Shown here in pieces: positions 47,306 to 57,375 of a stretch of DNA of 64,000 nt (positions are counted from its first letter, which is position 1; each line of letters begins with the position of its first letter). The notes under the pieces are model-generated. The model saw only the letters and a program-made list of their open reading frames with translations. It was not told the origin of the DNA and ran no database searches. The stretch lies in assembly GCA_016199805.1 (NCBI GenBank), contig JACQGC010000018.1, forward strand, positions 5,219-69,218, read 5' to 3'. Origin of the DNA: Candidatus Nomurabacteria bacterium (lineage in GTDB: Bacteria; Patescibacteriota; Minisyncoccia; Phycocordibacterales; UBA9973). The translations under genes and the position numbers were made by a program.

Positions 47306-47854
47306 AACCCTGTCACCATTCACTATTTAAACGTTTCTCTGGGGTTTGGGGTTATCATTGCCCAGATTTTTTGTGTCGTGGCTTTATTTTTACTGTTTTT
47401 CGGACCGAAAAAGAATTTTTATCTTGATTTCATAAACAAGCATGTTCTCATTTTGGGGTTTTTGATTTCTTTTGTCTCCGCGGTGTTTCCCTTAGTCTAT
47501 TCCGAAATCATTCATTTTCTGCCGTGTTATCTGTGCTGGTGGCAGAGAGTTTTTATGTTCCCGTTGGTGCTGATGTTCGCAGTTGCTTTATGGGACAAAG
47601 ACAGAAAAGTGATTCGTTATGCTCTGCCACTGCTCTGTGCGGGTTTCCTTGTCTCTCTATATCAGAATTTTTTCTATTATTTTGGAGAAAGTTCGGCTTT
47701 ACCCTGCGACGCATCCGGAGTTTCCTGTTATCAGCACCTAGTTTCCGAATTTGGCGGGTACATTTCAATACCAATGATGGCGCTCACGGCCTTTTTTGCC
47801 TTGCTGACTCTTCTGGTTGTTGCTCATTTTTATGGAAAGAATAAAATAGATTAG
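47303..47854 (+). CDS. Disulfide bond formation protein (DsbB/BdbC family)
   Basis: YSE....PCYLCWWQR..M.P, C...G.SC, I.IP.M. Confidence 0.88.
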   Translation: MNPVTIHYLNVSLGFGVIIAQIFCVVALFLLFFGPKKNFYLDFINKHVLILGFLISFVSAVFPLVYSEIIHFLPCYLCWWQRVFMFPLVLMFAVALWDKDRKVIRYALPLLCAGFLVSLYQNFFYYFGESSALPCDASGVSCYQHLVSEFGGYISIPMMALTAFFALLTLLVVAHFYGKNKID

Positions 47855-47892
47855 AAGATTATTAATTAATTTCGCTTCGGCGGGAAAATTTT

Positions 47893-47958
47893 ATGGGAAA
47901 AGGAAACAACGCATACAGAAAAGATGTGAAGAAGCCAAAGAAAGCTAAGAAGAAATAA
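47893..47958 (+). CDS. 21-aa Lys-rich peptide (not in ORF track)
   Basis: MGKGNNAYRKDVKKPKKAKKK*; the stop overlaps the next ATG (TAATG). Confidence 0.6.
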   Translation: MGKGNNAYRKDVKKPKKAKKK

Positions 47959-48389
47959 TGGTTAAAAAAATTATTTTAATTCTTTTAGGGTTGGAAGTTC
48001 TCGCGGGGCTGGGGTTTTTGGTTGTGAATAAAAATAACCAAACGGCACGGCCCGTGACAGAAAATCCTATAAAAAACACAACAGAGTTCAGTAAAGAAAT
48101 TACATTGAGTCCAAGTGACAAAATTACTTTTTCCGATGGTTTAAGTGTAGTTTTGAAAGAAATTAACGATTCCCGTTGTCCGAAAAATGTGCAATGTATT
48201 TGGGCAGGGGAACTCGCGGGGACTTTTGATATATCAGGCGGTAAACTTACCACTCTTAAAGAAATTACTCTTGGAACAATAAACAACAAAAGTGTGACTT
48301 TAGATGGATACACTTTTTCTCTGCAAAACGCGACCGTAAATAAAATCACAATCCTTGTTCAATATGAGAAAAAAGTTATCCCCACTTAA
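47958..48389 (+). CDS. Exported hypothetical protein
   Basis: N-terminal TM; DSRCP..VQCIWAG motif. Confidence 0.75.
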   Translation: MVKKIILILLGLEVLAGLGFLVVNKNNQTARPVTENPIKNTTEFSKEITLSPSDKITFSDGLSVVLKEINDSRCPKNVQCIWAGELAGTFDISGGKLTTLKEITLGTINNKSVTLDGYTFSLQNATVNKITILVQYEKKVIPT

Positions 48390-48483
48390 ATGATTGCTGG
48401 ACTCTTGTAAAATAAGGTATTATTAACTTAATTGTCATTAAAAATTAATTTTTTAAGTTGTGCTCGGCATGATTTTAAATCAT

Positions 48484-49233
48484 ATGCAAAATAAAAAAAT
48501 ATTCTATACAGTTCTGTTTGTTTTTGTTTTATTCGGTTTTGCTTCTATGGCGGCCGCATCGGTCACGATTAGCGGTACTAGTATCATCGGTACAGTCGGT
48601 TCTACTATAGATATCGGAGCTGGCAACACTCTTTTAATCCAAACTGTCGGGAACGCTCCTGTCACCATAGGCACCGGTCTGGTTACCTTGGGTGGTAATT
48701 TGAAAATTGTCGGTCTGGCTGGCAGTGGCACAAAATGTCTGCATGTGGACAATACTGGAGCGGTAGGTTTAGCTGCAGCGGATTGCGGCAGTGGTGGAGG
48801 CTCGCAACCTACGATTTTTAGCAGTGGCACAGCTGTTCAACAAGCAGTGGAGTGCGCGCATGGCACTGTCGGCACAGCCCAACTCTCCGGATTGGCGGCT
48901 GGTGCAAGTGGTGAAGTCACTCTTCAAACAGGGATTTCCGGTGATGTAAGGTGGCAAGGTATTTTACTTTCTGAAACAACTCAATTTACCGGCACAAACT
49001 TAACAGTCTCAATGGGACGCCCAGGTTCTACTACTCACGCCGAAATGACAAATGGAGTTAACTTTCCTTTAGGAGTAGGTTCTAGTGACACAAATTATTT
49101 CAGTACTCGTCCAATACCACCACAAATCACAAGTACTTACGGTGTTGTGTTAAATTTTGCTGTTACTTCCGGAAACGTCAATGCTTCCACTGGCTCTCTG
49201 ACCTGGGAAATGTGCGGATACAAAGCTCGCTAG
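48484..49233 (+). CDS. Secreted hypothetical protein, paralog of 11405-12052 in the N-terminal half
   Basis: Signal peptide; DIGAGNTL.IQT, KCLHVDNTG.V..AAADCG. Confidence 0.7.
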   Translation: MQNKKIFYTVLFVFVLFGFASMAAASVTISGTSIIGTVGSTIDIGAGNTLLIQTVGNAPVTIGTGLVTLGGNLKIVGLAGSGTKCLHVDNTGAVGLAAADCGSGGGSQPTIFSSGTAVQQAVECAHGTVGTAQLSGLAAGASGEVTLQTGISGDVRWQGILLSETTQFTGTNLTVSMGRPGSTTHAEMTNGVNFPLGVGSSDTNYFSTRPIPPQITSTYGVVLNFAVTSGNVNASTGSLTWEMCGYKAR

Positions 49234-49251
49234 GTTTTACGCAAAAAATCT

Positions 49252-51558
49252 ATGAAAAAAAATTTAATCTTTTATTTTATTTTTATAATCTTGTTGGGAT
49301 TTTCCGTGAATGTCGGAGCTTTGCACGCCGGTGCGCCGATTGGTATGGGTCCCGGAGGGAAGGTGGATTTATTTGATTGGTATAATGCCACGGCCTCAGG
49401 TTGTTCGCCAAGTAGTCCTTTTCCGGCTTTGATGTGTGTAGGTGGCGCGGCAAGTTCCAAACCCCAAGGCGATACGTATTACTTTAGTGCGTGGCTTCCC
49501 AATGCATCCCAATTGCCCGTGACAACCGGACTACCTCTTGTGGGAACTTTTAACGATGGAACGTCTCAAAACTGTAATGGCAATTTGGCTCTTATGCAAC
49601 TAGCTGCGTTTGATTGGAGTAATAGAAATGCAAGTAAAATATCAGAAGTAAATTGTATGTCAGGGTATAGTCCTGGTTCAAATGTACCCGCCGGGTGGTT
49701 TGCTCATTGCACCAGTGGCGATGACGGAGTGGGAAATACCTGTGGTTGGAAGACACGTTCTCCACTTTCAAAAGGTGGGCTGATATATTTGCCTATGGAA
49801 AGACAAATTGGTAGTGGTGCTGCGTCGGCTCATGACTCTACAGTAATAGTATCTCCAGATTCAGGTGCTCATTGGTGCAATCCGTACACAGTTACCAATC
49901 GTGCTGGAAGTCCAGGATGCGACAGCAGTAATTGGTCTGCCACAGGGGACGCTCCAAAATGCGGAGCAGCCAGTGGAACATCCGGTGTACAATGCTTGGA
50001 CGCAGCTTATGCAGGAGGGATGATGTGGCACAATATGCCAGCATCAGTCAACGGAACACCAATTTATAATTGGAATTTTTATCAATACGGGCAGGACGGT
50101 TCTCTTCCCGCGAATATAGGAGGTGATTGCGACCCTGCAACATATACTTGCGCAATGCTTGATGACGGAAGTATCGCTCGTGTATTAAATACCGATTTAC
50201 CATCACTTGATGTGACAAAATGGCAGTATGTAGCAAGTACTGATGCACAATCAAATCCCACTTGGACTTCAACATTTACCAGCCGAAAGTCCGTTATTGC
50301 TTTTTCTCCGAACAGTGACAACGATTTAATGAAACCGCGAGGAATTCTTAGCGCACCGGTTTATATAAAAGAATTTAAATCTTATATTTTAACTGGGTTC
50401 AAGTATGGTCCAAGTAGGGTTGAGTTTTTATCTTCTCCTAGCGCATTTGGTCCATTTAAGCCTATTGGAATATTTCCCGGATATATTGGGTTTAATGCCG
50501 CAAATTTGGGTATAGGGTATACAGTGGTATCCACAAACCCGCCACACGTTCAAATAACAGTCGTGGCAGATGAAAAAAGTTTTGCTGGAGCAGGCGGCGG
50601 AGTGCCAACTTTCCAAAAATTTGACCTCGTGCTTGGTCCTCAGTATGGCGGTGTGGGAGATGTTCCGTCATATTTAGACACGAGTATGGGAAAAGTTAAT
50701 TCCGGATGGCAATTTACATCCGGGGAAGAGCCGGGAACATTCATTCGCAAAGGTCTTATTTGGGCTTTTGATTTTATGGACCATGGTGGAGTTACTGCCA
50801 GTACTTATCAATTCTTTCATGATGTTGCCAACGGCGGAGCAGTGATGTCACCATGTTTTACAGATGGGGCAACAAATTGCAATGATGGAATTATGGGTTT
50901 GAAGGGGTTAAGTTTACTTACGAATGGAATACGAATTCAAGATGGATATTCTGCACGCTATGAATCAAATATATCGGACATCAATAGAGGTACTACAGCG
51001 GGCAACCAGAATGCGCCTTCGGTTATGCAGGGAAATGGCACGTATTCCGTTGTTGGTATTTACAAACTGGACTCTATCGGATACACGACATCTTTGTGGA
51101 TAACAGGTAACCCATCAGACGGAAATGCATCAGTCGGTCTAACGACTCAGCAAACAACAGGCTATATGGGAATTGACTGGGGTAATGTTTATACTTTCAG
51201 ATGGGCTTACAGAAGTGCGTTTGCCCCTATAGCCGGGAATTGGTATTTTATGTCGGCTACAGTAACTGCTGGCAGTCCTCCCACTGCAAAATTATGGGTT
51301 GGTGGAGCGGTAACTCCCGGTGTGCTCACAGATGTAATATCTGGCGTCTCTAGGACAAAAAATGGTGGAACCCCTGCTACTGTTCCGGCAGTTTCAGCCG
51401 GACCACTTGTTCTTGAAAATGACGGTTCAGGACACATTCCAAATGCATCTTATGCTGGATTGATGCTTTACAATCGTGCTCTCAGTGATACAGAAAATCA
51501 ACAATTATATCAAAGCTTTAAAATTAAAATGAAGGAGAGAAACATTATTATTCAATAA
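49252..51558 (+). CDS. Large secreted Cys-containing protein with C-terminal LamG/concanavalin-like domain
   Basis: Signal peptide; G.WYFM..T.....KLWV and ..MLYNRALS..E..QLY. Confidence 0.7.
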   Translation: MKKNLIFYFIFIILLGFSVNVGALHAGAPIGMGPGGKVDLFDWYNATASGCSPSSPFPALMCVGGAASSKPQGDTYYFSAWLPNASQLPVTTGLPLVGTFNDGTSQNCNGNLALMQLAAFDWSNRNASKISEVNCMSGYSPGSNVPAGWFAHCTSGDDGVGNTCGWKTRSPLSKGGLIYLPMERQIGSGAASAHDSTVIVSPDSGAHWCNPYTVTNRAGSPGCDSSNWSATGDAPKCGAASGTSGVQCLDAAYAGGMMWHNMPASVNGTPIYNWNFYQYGQDGSLPANIGGDCDPATYTCAMLDDGSIARVLNTDLPSLDVTKWQYVASTDAQSNPTWTSTFTSRKSVIAFSPNSDNDLMKPRGILSAPVYIKEFKSYILTGFKYGPSRVEFLSSPSAFGPFKPIGIFPGYIGFNAANLGIGYTVVSTNPPHVQITVVADEKSFAGAGGGVPTFQKFDLVLGPQYGGVGDVPSYLDTSMGKVNSGWQFTSGEEPGTFIRKGLIWAFDFMDHGGVTASTYQFFHDVANGGAVMSPCFTDGATNCNDGIMGLKGLSLLTNGIRIQDGYSARYESNISDINRGTTAGNQNAPSVMQGNGTYSVVGIYKLDSIGYTTSLWITGNPSDGNASVGLTTQQTTGYMGIDWGNVYTFRWAYRSAFAPIAGNWYFMSATVTAGSPPTAKLWVGGAVTPGVLTDVISGVSRTKNGGTPATVPAVSAGPLVLENDGSGHIPNASYAGLMLYNRALSDTENQQLYQSFKIKMKERNIIIQ

Positions 51559-51576
51559 GGTGTATAATTATAAATT

Positions 51577-54033
51577 ATGAATAAAAAAATAATTTCTTTT
51601 CTTACAATATTTTTTCTGATTACAACAATGTTGAATTTTCTATTGTTTTTTACTTCGCAGCGTACATATGCTGTCATGACCGTAAATGCCTTGGTGGTAG
51701 GTGCTGGCGGCGGCGGCGGTGGTGCTGGCGGCGGCGGCGGTGGTGCTGGCGGTTATTTAGTTGATGCTACTCACGTTGTAACGGCACAGGCATACACTAT
51801 TACAGTTGGAGGTGGAGGTACAGGATCGACTGGTAACACGGCTACAGCTGGAGGCAATAGCGTTTTTGATACACTGACAGCTGTCGGTGGAGGTAAAGGT
51901 GCTGGGGCAGTTGGTGGTAATATCAATAATGGTGGTAACGGAGGATCAGGTGGCGGAGGATCAGGAGTAAACGGAGGTACTTCAAGCGGAGGTACGGGTA
52001 GTCAAGGTCAGAGTGGAGGTGGTAATGGAGGGTTTGCTGGAAGTGGTCCTGGAGGAGGAGGAGGAGGAGCATTAACAGCAGGAACTAGTGGGACATCCAC
52101 TACTGTAGCAGGAGTTGGAGGGAACGGTATAGCTAATAGCATTTCTGGCGTTTCAGTGACTTATGCTGGAGGAGGAGGCGGCGGAATGTATAACAATGGT
52201 ACCCCTGGTTCTGGTGGAGCAGGAGGAGGCGGAACAGGTACTAATCAGGGTCTCGGTGGCGGGAATGGAACTTCTAATACTGGTGGTGGTGGTGGTGGAG
52301 CTGGTAACACACAATCTGGAGGACAGGGTGGTTCAGGCGTCGTGATTATCGCCTACCCAACCGGATCACTTACAGCTACTGGCGGTACTATTACAACTAG
52401 TGGTGGAAATACCATTCATACTTTTACGGTTAGTGGTACATTTACCGTGTCATCTTCTGCCGCTACTTCTTACACCATCACTCCTCCATCGCCAGCTTCC
52501 GGTGGTGTAGGGAATGCCTCCGGAAATTTCACGGTCGCTGCAAACGGTCCGTACACTGGTAGTATGACACTTTCCGATGGCGGAGCTGGTGGAACTTTTT
52601 CCCCAACATCACTAACCTTTTCAAATTCTTCTTCGCAAACATTTACGTACACACCGTCTACTCTTGGAGTAAGAACAATCAGCACTGCCGCTTCTCCGGC
52701 CTTAGGAACTGATCAAAGTACCACATATACTTCTTTATCAACTGCCAAAGCTATCACTTTATTTAATTTTAATGGACTTGCCCCCACTGTGACTGGTGTA
52801 GTCACTGAAGGCTCTCACACCATAGCTCTGACGGTTCCATTTGGTACGAACGTCACGGCCTTGGTAGCGACTTTCACAACTACCGGAAGTTCAGTCGCCG
52901 TTGGAGCAACAACACAGGTAAGTGCAACTACACCAAACAATTTCACGTCTCCAGTTACCTATACCGTCACCGCTGCTGACAGCTCTACTCAACCGTATGT
53001 TGTTACAGTGACAGTAGCTCCGAATTCTGCTAAAGCCATCACGGCATTTAATTTCACCCCTCCGGCCACCACAGTCATAATTGACCAGGGGGATCATACC
53101 ATCAGCATGTTTGTTCCAAATGGTACAAATGTCACGGCTTTAGTTCCGACAACTATCACCATTACCGGAGCATCTGTCAGTCCAAACGTGGGTGTTGCTC
53201 AAGATTTTTCCACTTCAAAAATATATACTGTTACTGCCGCTGATGGTTCCACCCAGCCGTACACAGTTTCAGTGACGGTAGCCGCCGCGGTTCCACCCGT
53301 TTTGTTTCTTAGTGACACTATTCTCGCTCTGACTTCTCCGGTTGTTAATCTTACGGCTCTTACTGGTTCTGCAGCAGACTCCGTGACGGTAAATGCAGGT
53401 AACGTGGTTGTTGTCATTTCTTCCACTTATGGTGGCAACTTTAGGTTAACTTCACCAGTAGCAATGACAGTCACCGGAGGCACAATTTCTCAAACTTGTT
53501 CAACCGGAGTAGAAACCGAAACCATCACTCAAGTAAGTGGCACGGGCACATACACACTTACTCCGACTGGTTCCGCTTGCAGCGGTGGGGCAGTAGTAAC
53601 TCCATCCGGTGGCGGGGGATTGATTACTGACTATGTTCCGCCTGCAGTCACTCCTCCGGCAGCAGTAGACAATAATAACCAAAATGGAATATTGCCTCCA
53701 CCGCCGACAACCACCACAACTCCATCGATAGTCACTCCTCCGGCAACAATTCCAGTTCCTCCCGTTGTTCCTGTTAATCCTCCACAAACAACAGGAGGAC
53801 AAACGTCTTATAACTTTGGCCCGACCACTCTGAAGTTTTGGAGCCAAGGTGAAGGCGTCAAAGAATTGCAAAGATTCTTGAACAATGAATTAAAGCTTGG
53901 TCTAACAATAGATGGCAGATTGGGCTTAAAGACAATTACTGTCATAAAAAAATGGCAGAAAGCGCATGGACTCACTCCCGACGGATTGATTGGCGCCAAG
54001 ACCAAGGCTTTGATGAATAAGTTGGCAAAATAA
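51577..54033 (+). CDS. Surface protein: Gly-rich domain, Ig-like repeats, Pro/Thr linker, PG-binding domain
   Basis: LVVGAGGGGG..GGSGVVIIAY..ATGG..IHTFT; two AKAIT.FNF..YTVTAAD.STQPY repeats; C-terminus paralogous to 10591. Confidence 0.8.
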   Translation: MNKKIISFLTIFFLITTMLNFLLFFTSQRTYAVMTVNALVVGAGGGGGGAGGGGGGAGGYLVDATHVVTAQAYTITVGGGGTGSTGNTATAGGNSVFDTLTAVGGGKGAGAVGGNINNGGNGGSGGGGSGVNGGTSSGGTGSQGQSGGGNGGFAGSGPGGGGGGALTAGTSGTSTTVAGVGGNGIANSISGVSVTYAGGGGGGMYNNGTPGSGGAGGGGTGTNQGLGGGNGTSNTGGGGGGAGNTQSGGQGGSGVVIIAYPTGSLTATGGTITTSGGNTIHTFTVSGTFTVSSSAATSYTITPPSPASGGVGNASGNFTVAANGPYTGSMTLSDGGAGGTFSPTSLTFSNSSSQTFTYTPSTLGVRTISTAASPALGTDQSTTYTSLSTAKAITLFNFNGLAPTVTGVVTEGSHTIALTVPFGTNVTALVATFTTTGSSVAVGATTQVSATTPNNFTSPVTYTVTAADSSTQPYVVTVTVAPNSAKAITAFNFTPPATTVIIDQGDHTISMFVPNGTNVTALVPTTITITGASVSPNVGVAQDFSTSKIYTVTAADGSTQPYTVSVTVAAAVPPVLFLSDTILALTSPVVNLTALTGSAADSVTVNAGNVVVVISSTYGGNFRLTSPVAMTVTGGTISQTCSTGVETETITQVSGTGTYTLTPTGSACSGGAVVTPSGGGGLITDYVPPAVTPPAAVDNNNQNGILPPPPTTTTTPSIVTPPATIPVPPVVPVNPPQTTGGQTSYNFGPTTLKFWSQGEGVKELQRFLNNELKLGLTIDGRLGLKTITVIKKWQKAHGLTPDGLIGAKTKALMNKLAK

Positions 54034-54035
54034 AG

Positions 54036-54644
54036 ATGCTGGGTTTTACCCAAAAAGAAAAAGCATTGTTCCAAAAATTAAACACCCCATCAAAAGTGCA
54101 AGATTTTTTGAACAGTTTGAAGTTTAATTTTGAAAGGGGCGGGGAGACATTAAAAAGCCCACTTTTTACTAGTAGGCATAAGAATGCGCATTGCTTTGAA
54201 GCTGCGCTCCTCGGGGCTTATATGCTCTCCCTGCAGGGTTTTAAGCCTTATTTGGTTCATCTAAAGTCTACCATAGAGGATTACGACCACGTGATTGCGC
54301 CTTTTAAAATAGGTGGATTTTGGGGAGCTTTATCCAAAACTAATCATGCTGTCCTGCGATACCGCGAACCAATTTACAAAAACATCCGCGAGCTGGCTAT
54401 GTCGTATTTTCATGAATATTTTTTAAATAGTGGAGAAAAAACCTTAAGGCAATATTCAGAATTATTTAATTTGAATAATTTAAATAAAGATTGGGTAACC
54501 AGAGAGGGGAACCTTTGGGATATAGATAAAAAGCTTGATAAAATAAAACATTATGACATTGTGCCAAAAGTTTATATAAAGAAATTGAGAAAAGCGGACA
54601 ACTTAGAAATTAAGGCGGGGAAAATTGTGGAATGGAAAAAGTAG
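54036..54644 (+). CDS. Conserved protein, possible transglutaminase/papain-like fold
   Basis: AHCFEAA, DHVIA, WGA.SK.N...LR.R.P.Y...REL.MSY. Confidence 0.6.
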   Translation: MLGFTQKEKALFQKLNTPSKVQDFLNSLKFNFERGGETLKSPLFTSRHKNAHCFEAALLGAYMLSLQGFKPYLVHLKSTIEDYDHVIAPFKIGGFWGALSKTNHAVLRYREPIYKNIRELAMSYFHEYFLNSGEKTLRQYSELFNLNNLNKDWVTREGNLWDIDKKLDKIKHYDIVPKVYIKKLRKADNLEIKAGKIVEWKK

Positions 54645-54685
54645 AGTATAATATAGAATTATTATTAGTTTAACACAAAAAAACC

Positions 54686-55066
54686 ATGCCCATTTTATTT
54701 ATTTTTGGTAGAGTTTTGTTCGGGGGTTACTTTATTATGAGCGGTTACAATCATTTCAGGCATCATCGCATGTTCACGGGCTATGCGCAGTCCAAGGGCG
54801 TGCCTTTGGCGCCGCTAGCCGTGTGGTTCACCGGTTTGATGCTCATCTTTGGAGGGGTGGGAATACTTCTCTGGGTTTACTTAAAATTTTCAATTATTTT
54901 ATTAGCTGTATTCTTGCTCGTGACGACTTTAGTCATGCATCAGTACTGGAAAGTCACCGACCAAAACATGAGAATGACAGAGCAAATCAACTTCAATAAA
55001 AACATGGCGCTTTTGGGTGCTTTACTTCTCTTTTTTTCTATTCCTCTGCCTTGGTCGGTTTCTTAA
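54686..55066 (+). CDS. DoxX family membrane protein
   Basis: GR.L.G..F..SG..H, H.YW, F.KN.AL.G. Confidence 0.88.
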   Translation: MPILFIFGRVLFGGYFIMSGYNHFRHHRMFTGYAQSKGVPLAPLAVWFTGLMLIFGGVGILLWVYLKFSIILLAVFLLVTTLVMHQYWKVTDQNMRMTEQINFNKNMALLGALLLFFSIPLPWSVS

Positions 55067-56703
55067 TTGCCGAAAATATTTCCGAGCAATCTCATAAACC
55101 AATTCTTTTTTGGAGTTTCCGTCTGCGGTACTTCGGGAGCTGGTGTGAGCGCATTTATTACTGATGCGGTGTTTTGAGTGCTGGGATTATTTGCGACATT
55201 CATTGATTTTGGTTTAGGGTTTTTTGTTGCGCTTATTTCCGGGATGGGGGCGCTTTTTACTTTTACTAGTGGGGTTTCCGTGACTGCTGGCATTTCCGGT
55301 TTTGTAAAACTTTGCATTACCTGGTTCCAGCTTTTGCCGGAAAGGGCAGAGGTTACATAGGCGGTTTCCCAGGTTTTATTGGTAACGCTTTCATTTTTTA
55401 CTCCGCCGTCCGTGTCTTGGATTGTTGCCAAATAATCAGATGGAGTATTGCCATTTTTTGCCCAATCTTCCGGTTTTTCATTCATGGCCAATATTCCTTC
55501 CAGTGCCCAAGCGGTGGAAGAAGCATTGTCATTCCAGCTACCGTCATCTTTTTGATTTTGTTTTAAGAAATCTTCAGCCTTAGTTAAAGCATTTGGTATC
55601 TTTTCCTCCCCTGACAAGGGGAGGGCAGGGAGGGGTTGTATTTTATTGAACATTGCCAGCGCCTCTATCGCCGCGCCGGTCATATCCACAGAACCATCCC
55701 AAGAACCGTTTGTGTTTTGCTCGCTCAAAACAAAGGAGATGTCAGCATTTATCATTTGGTCATTTTGTGTGTAACCGGCATTTTGCAGAACAATCAATGC
55801 AAAGATGTCGTCATTGTCTTGGTTTGCATCTCCGAATTGTTTGCCGTCGAAAGAATCGGTTATTTTTTTGATATAATTTTCGCCGTTGGTGTCGTATGGG
55901 TTGAGTCCGAGCGACATCAATGCCATAGCATGTCTTTCATAATCGGTTATATTTAAAGCTGTGATTTTTGAAATCCCAAAATATTTTATCAATTTCAATA
56001 CCTGCGCCTGATTGTTTCCGGAAGCCAGAGATAAAGCAGCCCAGTCGGTGTATAAATCGGAACCCCAAGACCCGTCGGCGTTTTGTTGTGCAATCAAAAA
56101 ATCGTAAGCTTTTTGTGTGTCAAAAGCTAGCTTGGCGGGTGGTGTAGCTGGGGCTGTTATCGTAGGTGAATCGGTAGTAGTGGGGTTTGTATATGTAATA
56201 AGCGGACCTCCGCCACTACTTACGGGGATTAATGAATTAATGTGAAGTATTACTTGGTCGCTTGCAGTGCTGCCAGGAGCCCAATTATCAATCTTAAAAA
56301 TTATCGTATCTTGCGCCACCACTGGCAGGGAAGAAATACCAAGCATAGAAAAATTATCTGGCGAAGTTCCATTTTTATATATTGCCCAATATTGGCTAGA
56401 TGGATCAGGCACAACGTCATTAATTGAGTCAATCTGTAATCCAAGACCCGGAAAATTTGAAAATTTTGCACCCAAAACCGAAGAGCCGTTTTTTGTTGCA
56501 GCATCAAATGCACAAATAGCTAGATAAGAACCCATAGAAGTTGTTTCTGGGTAACTATATACTACTCCATTCTTGTCGGTTACTGTACAGCTGGCTGGTA
56601 CATCTATCATTATGTCAATGTTTAGCGGTGCCGCATGCGCTGTGCCAAAAAAACCAAGAACCATAAAACCTAGCAACACTATTTTAAAAATTTGATTTTT
56701 CAT
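55063..56703 (-). CDS. Secreted DUF4430-like domain plus prenyltransferase-like alpha/alpha barrel (transcobalamin-like)
   Basis: I.SIN....YWAIY.NG....G.....V..D.I; repeats L...QN.DGSW, DDIFAL..L, D.T.AAI.AL. Confidence 0.75.
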   Translation of the reverse strand: MKNQIFKIVLLGFMVLGFFGTAHAAPLNIDIMIDVPASCTVTDKNGVVYSYPETTSMGSYLAICAFDAATKNGSSVLGAKFSNFPGLGLQIDSINDVVPDPSSQYWAIYKNGTSPDNFSMLGISSLPVVAQDTIIFKIDNWAPGSTASDQVILHINSLIPVSSGGGPLITYTNPTTTDSPTITAPATPPAKLAFDTQKAYDFLIAQQNADGSWGSDLYTDWAALSLASGNNQAQVLKLIKYFGISKITALNITDYERHAMALMSLGLNPYDTNGENYIKKITDSFDGKQFGDANQDNDDIFALIVLQNAGYTQNDQMINADISFVLSEQNTNGSWDGSVDMTGAAIEALAMFNKIQPLPALPLSGEEKIPNALTKAEDFLKQNQKDDGSWNDNASSTAWALEGILAMNEKPEDWAKNGNTPSDYLATIQDTDGGVKNESVTNKTWETAYVTSALSGKSWNQVMQSFTKPEMPAVTETPLVKVKSAPIPEISATKNPKPKSMNVANNPSTQNTASVINALTPAPEVPQTETPKKNWFMRLLGNIFGN

Positions 56704-57133
56704 ATTTCCAGGAGACCATGTCCCCAATTTTTATTTTATAATTTGAAACGCCGACAGACGCTTCGACCCCGTTCACATAATAAATCCAACTCATACTATT
56801 ATTATTTTTTATTTCATTTATGCTATCAATGAATTTTCCCATTCCGGTGTACTCTTTTTCAGTAAAGTTAATTTTTTTCTCACTCCGGAGCTTGTCCATA
56901 AAGTCATAAACACTCGTTTCACCCGGTATATCGTCTTTTAGGTCTAATTTCTTTATCTCGGGAGTTGTTTTTGGCGGTGAAAGTACCCCTACCCGTCCTC
57001 CCCCTACGTAGGGGGAGGAGAAAGGAGGGGGTATATACCTAGAATTTTGCTTTTGAATATTTTTATAAACAAAAATAGAGCCCAGACAAGCTATAAGTAA
57101 AACTATTAAAATTATTTTCTTGGTTTTAAACAT
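56684..57133 (-). CDS. Membrane-anchored DUF4430 protein
   Basis: G.FI.SIN......W.YYVNG..A.VG...Y..K.GD.V.WKY. Confidence 0.88.
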   Translation of the reverse strand: MFKTKKIILIVLLIACLGSIFVYKNIQKQNSRYIPPPFSSPYVGGGRVGVLSPPKTTPEIKKLDLKDDIPGETSVYDFMDKLRSEKKINFTEKEYTGMGKFIDSINEIKNNNSMSWIYYVNGVEASVGVSNYKIKIGDMVSWKYEKSNF

Positions 57134-57155
57134 AAAAAAACTGCCTTGCGGGCAG
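57134..57155 (-). terminator. Leader attenuator/terminator immediately before the ATG
   Basis: Minus strand CTGCC-CGCAA-GGCAG-TTTTTTT-ATG. Confidence 0.7.
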
Positions 57156-57234
57156 AATTGGGGAACCTTCACCCTGTCATTCGCGAATGACGGGGTTCAA
57201 ATAAAGAAGAAGGTTTATCCTGCTCGGGACTAAT

Positions 57235-57327
57235 GAAATAATTGGTATTCGGACTTGTTCCCGACCTAAATCGAGACTTACCGTAGCGGCACTGTACTGG
57301 AATCTAACCAGTTTCCCCAATCACTTC
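57235..57327 (-). ncRNA. Cobalamin riboswitch (short form)
   Basis: Minus strand GAAGTGATTGG-GGAA-ACTGG-TTAGATT-CCAGT-ACAGTGCCGCTACGGTAA...AAGTCCGAATA-CCAATTATTTC (B12 box); upstream of DUF4430. Confidence 0.88.
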
Positions 57328-57375
57328 TTTTGGTTTTTAAATGAACGTCTTTAGTATATACTGGTTTCATACGCT

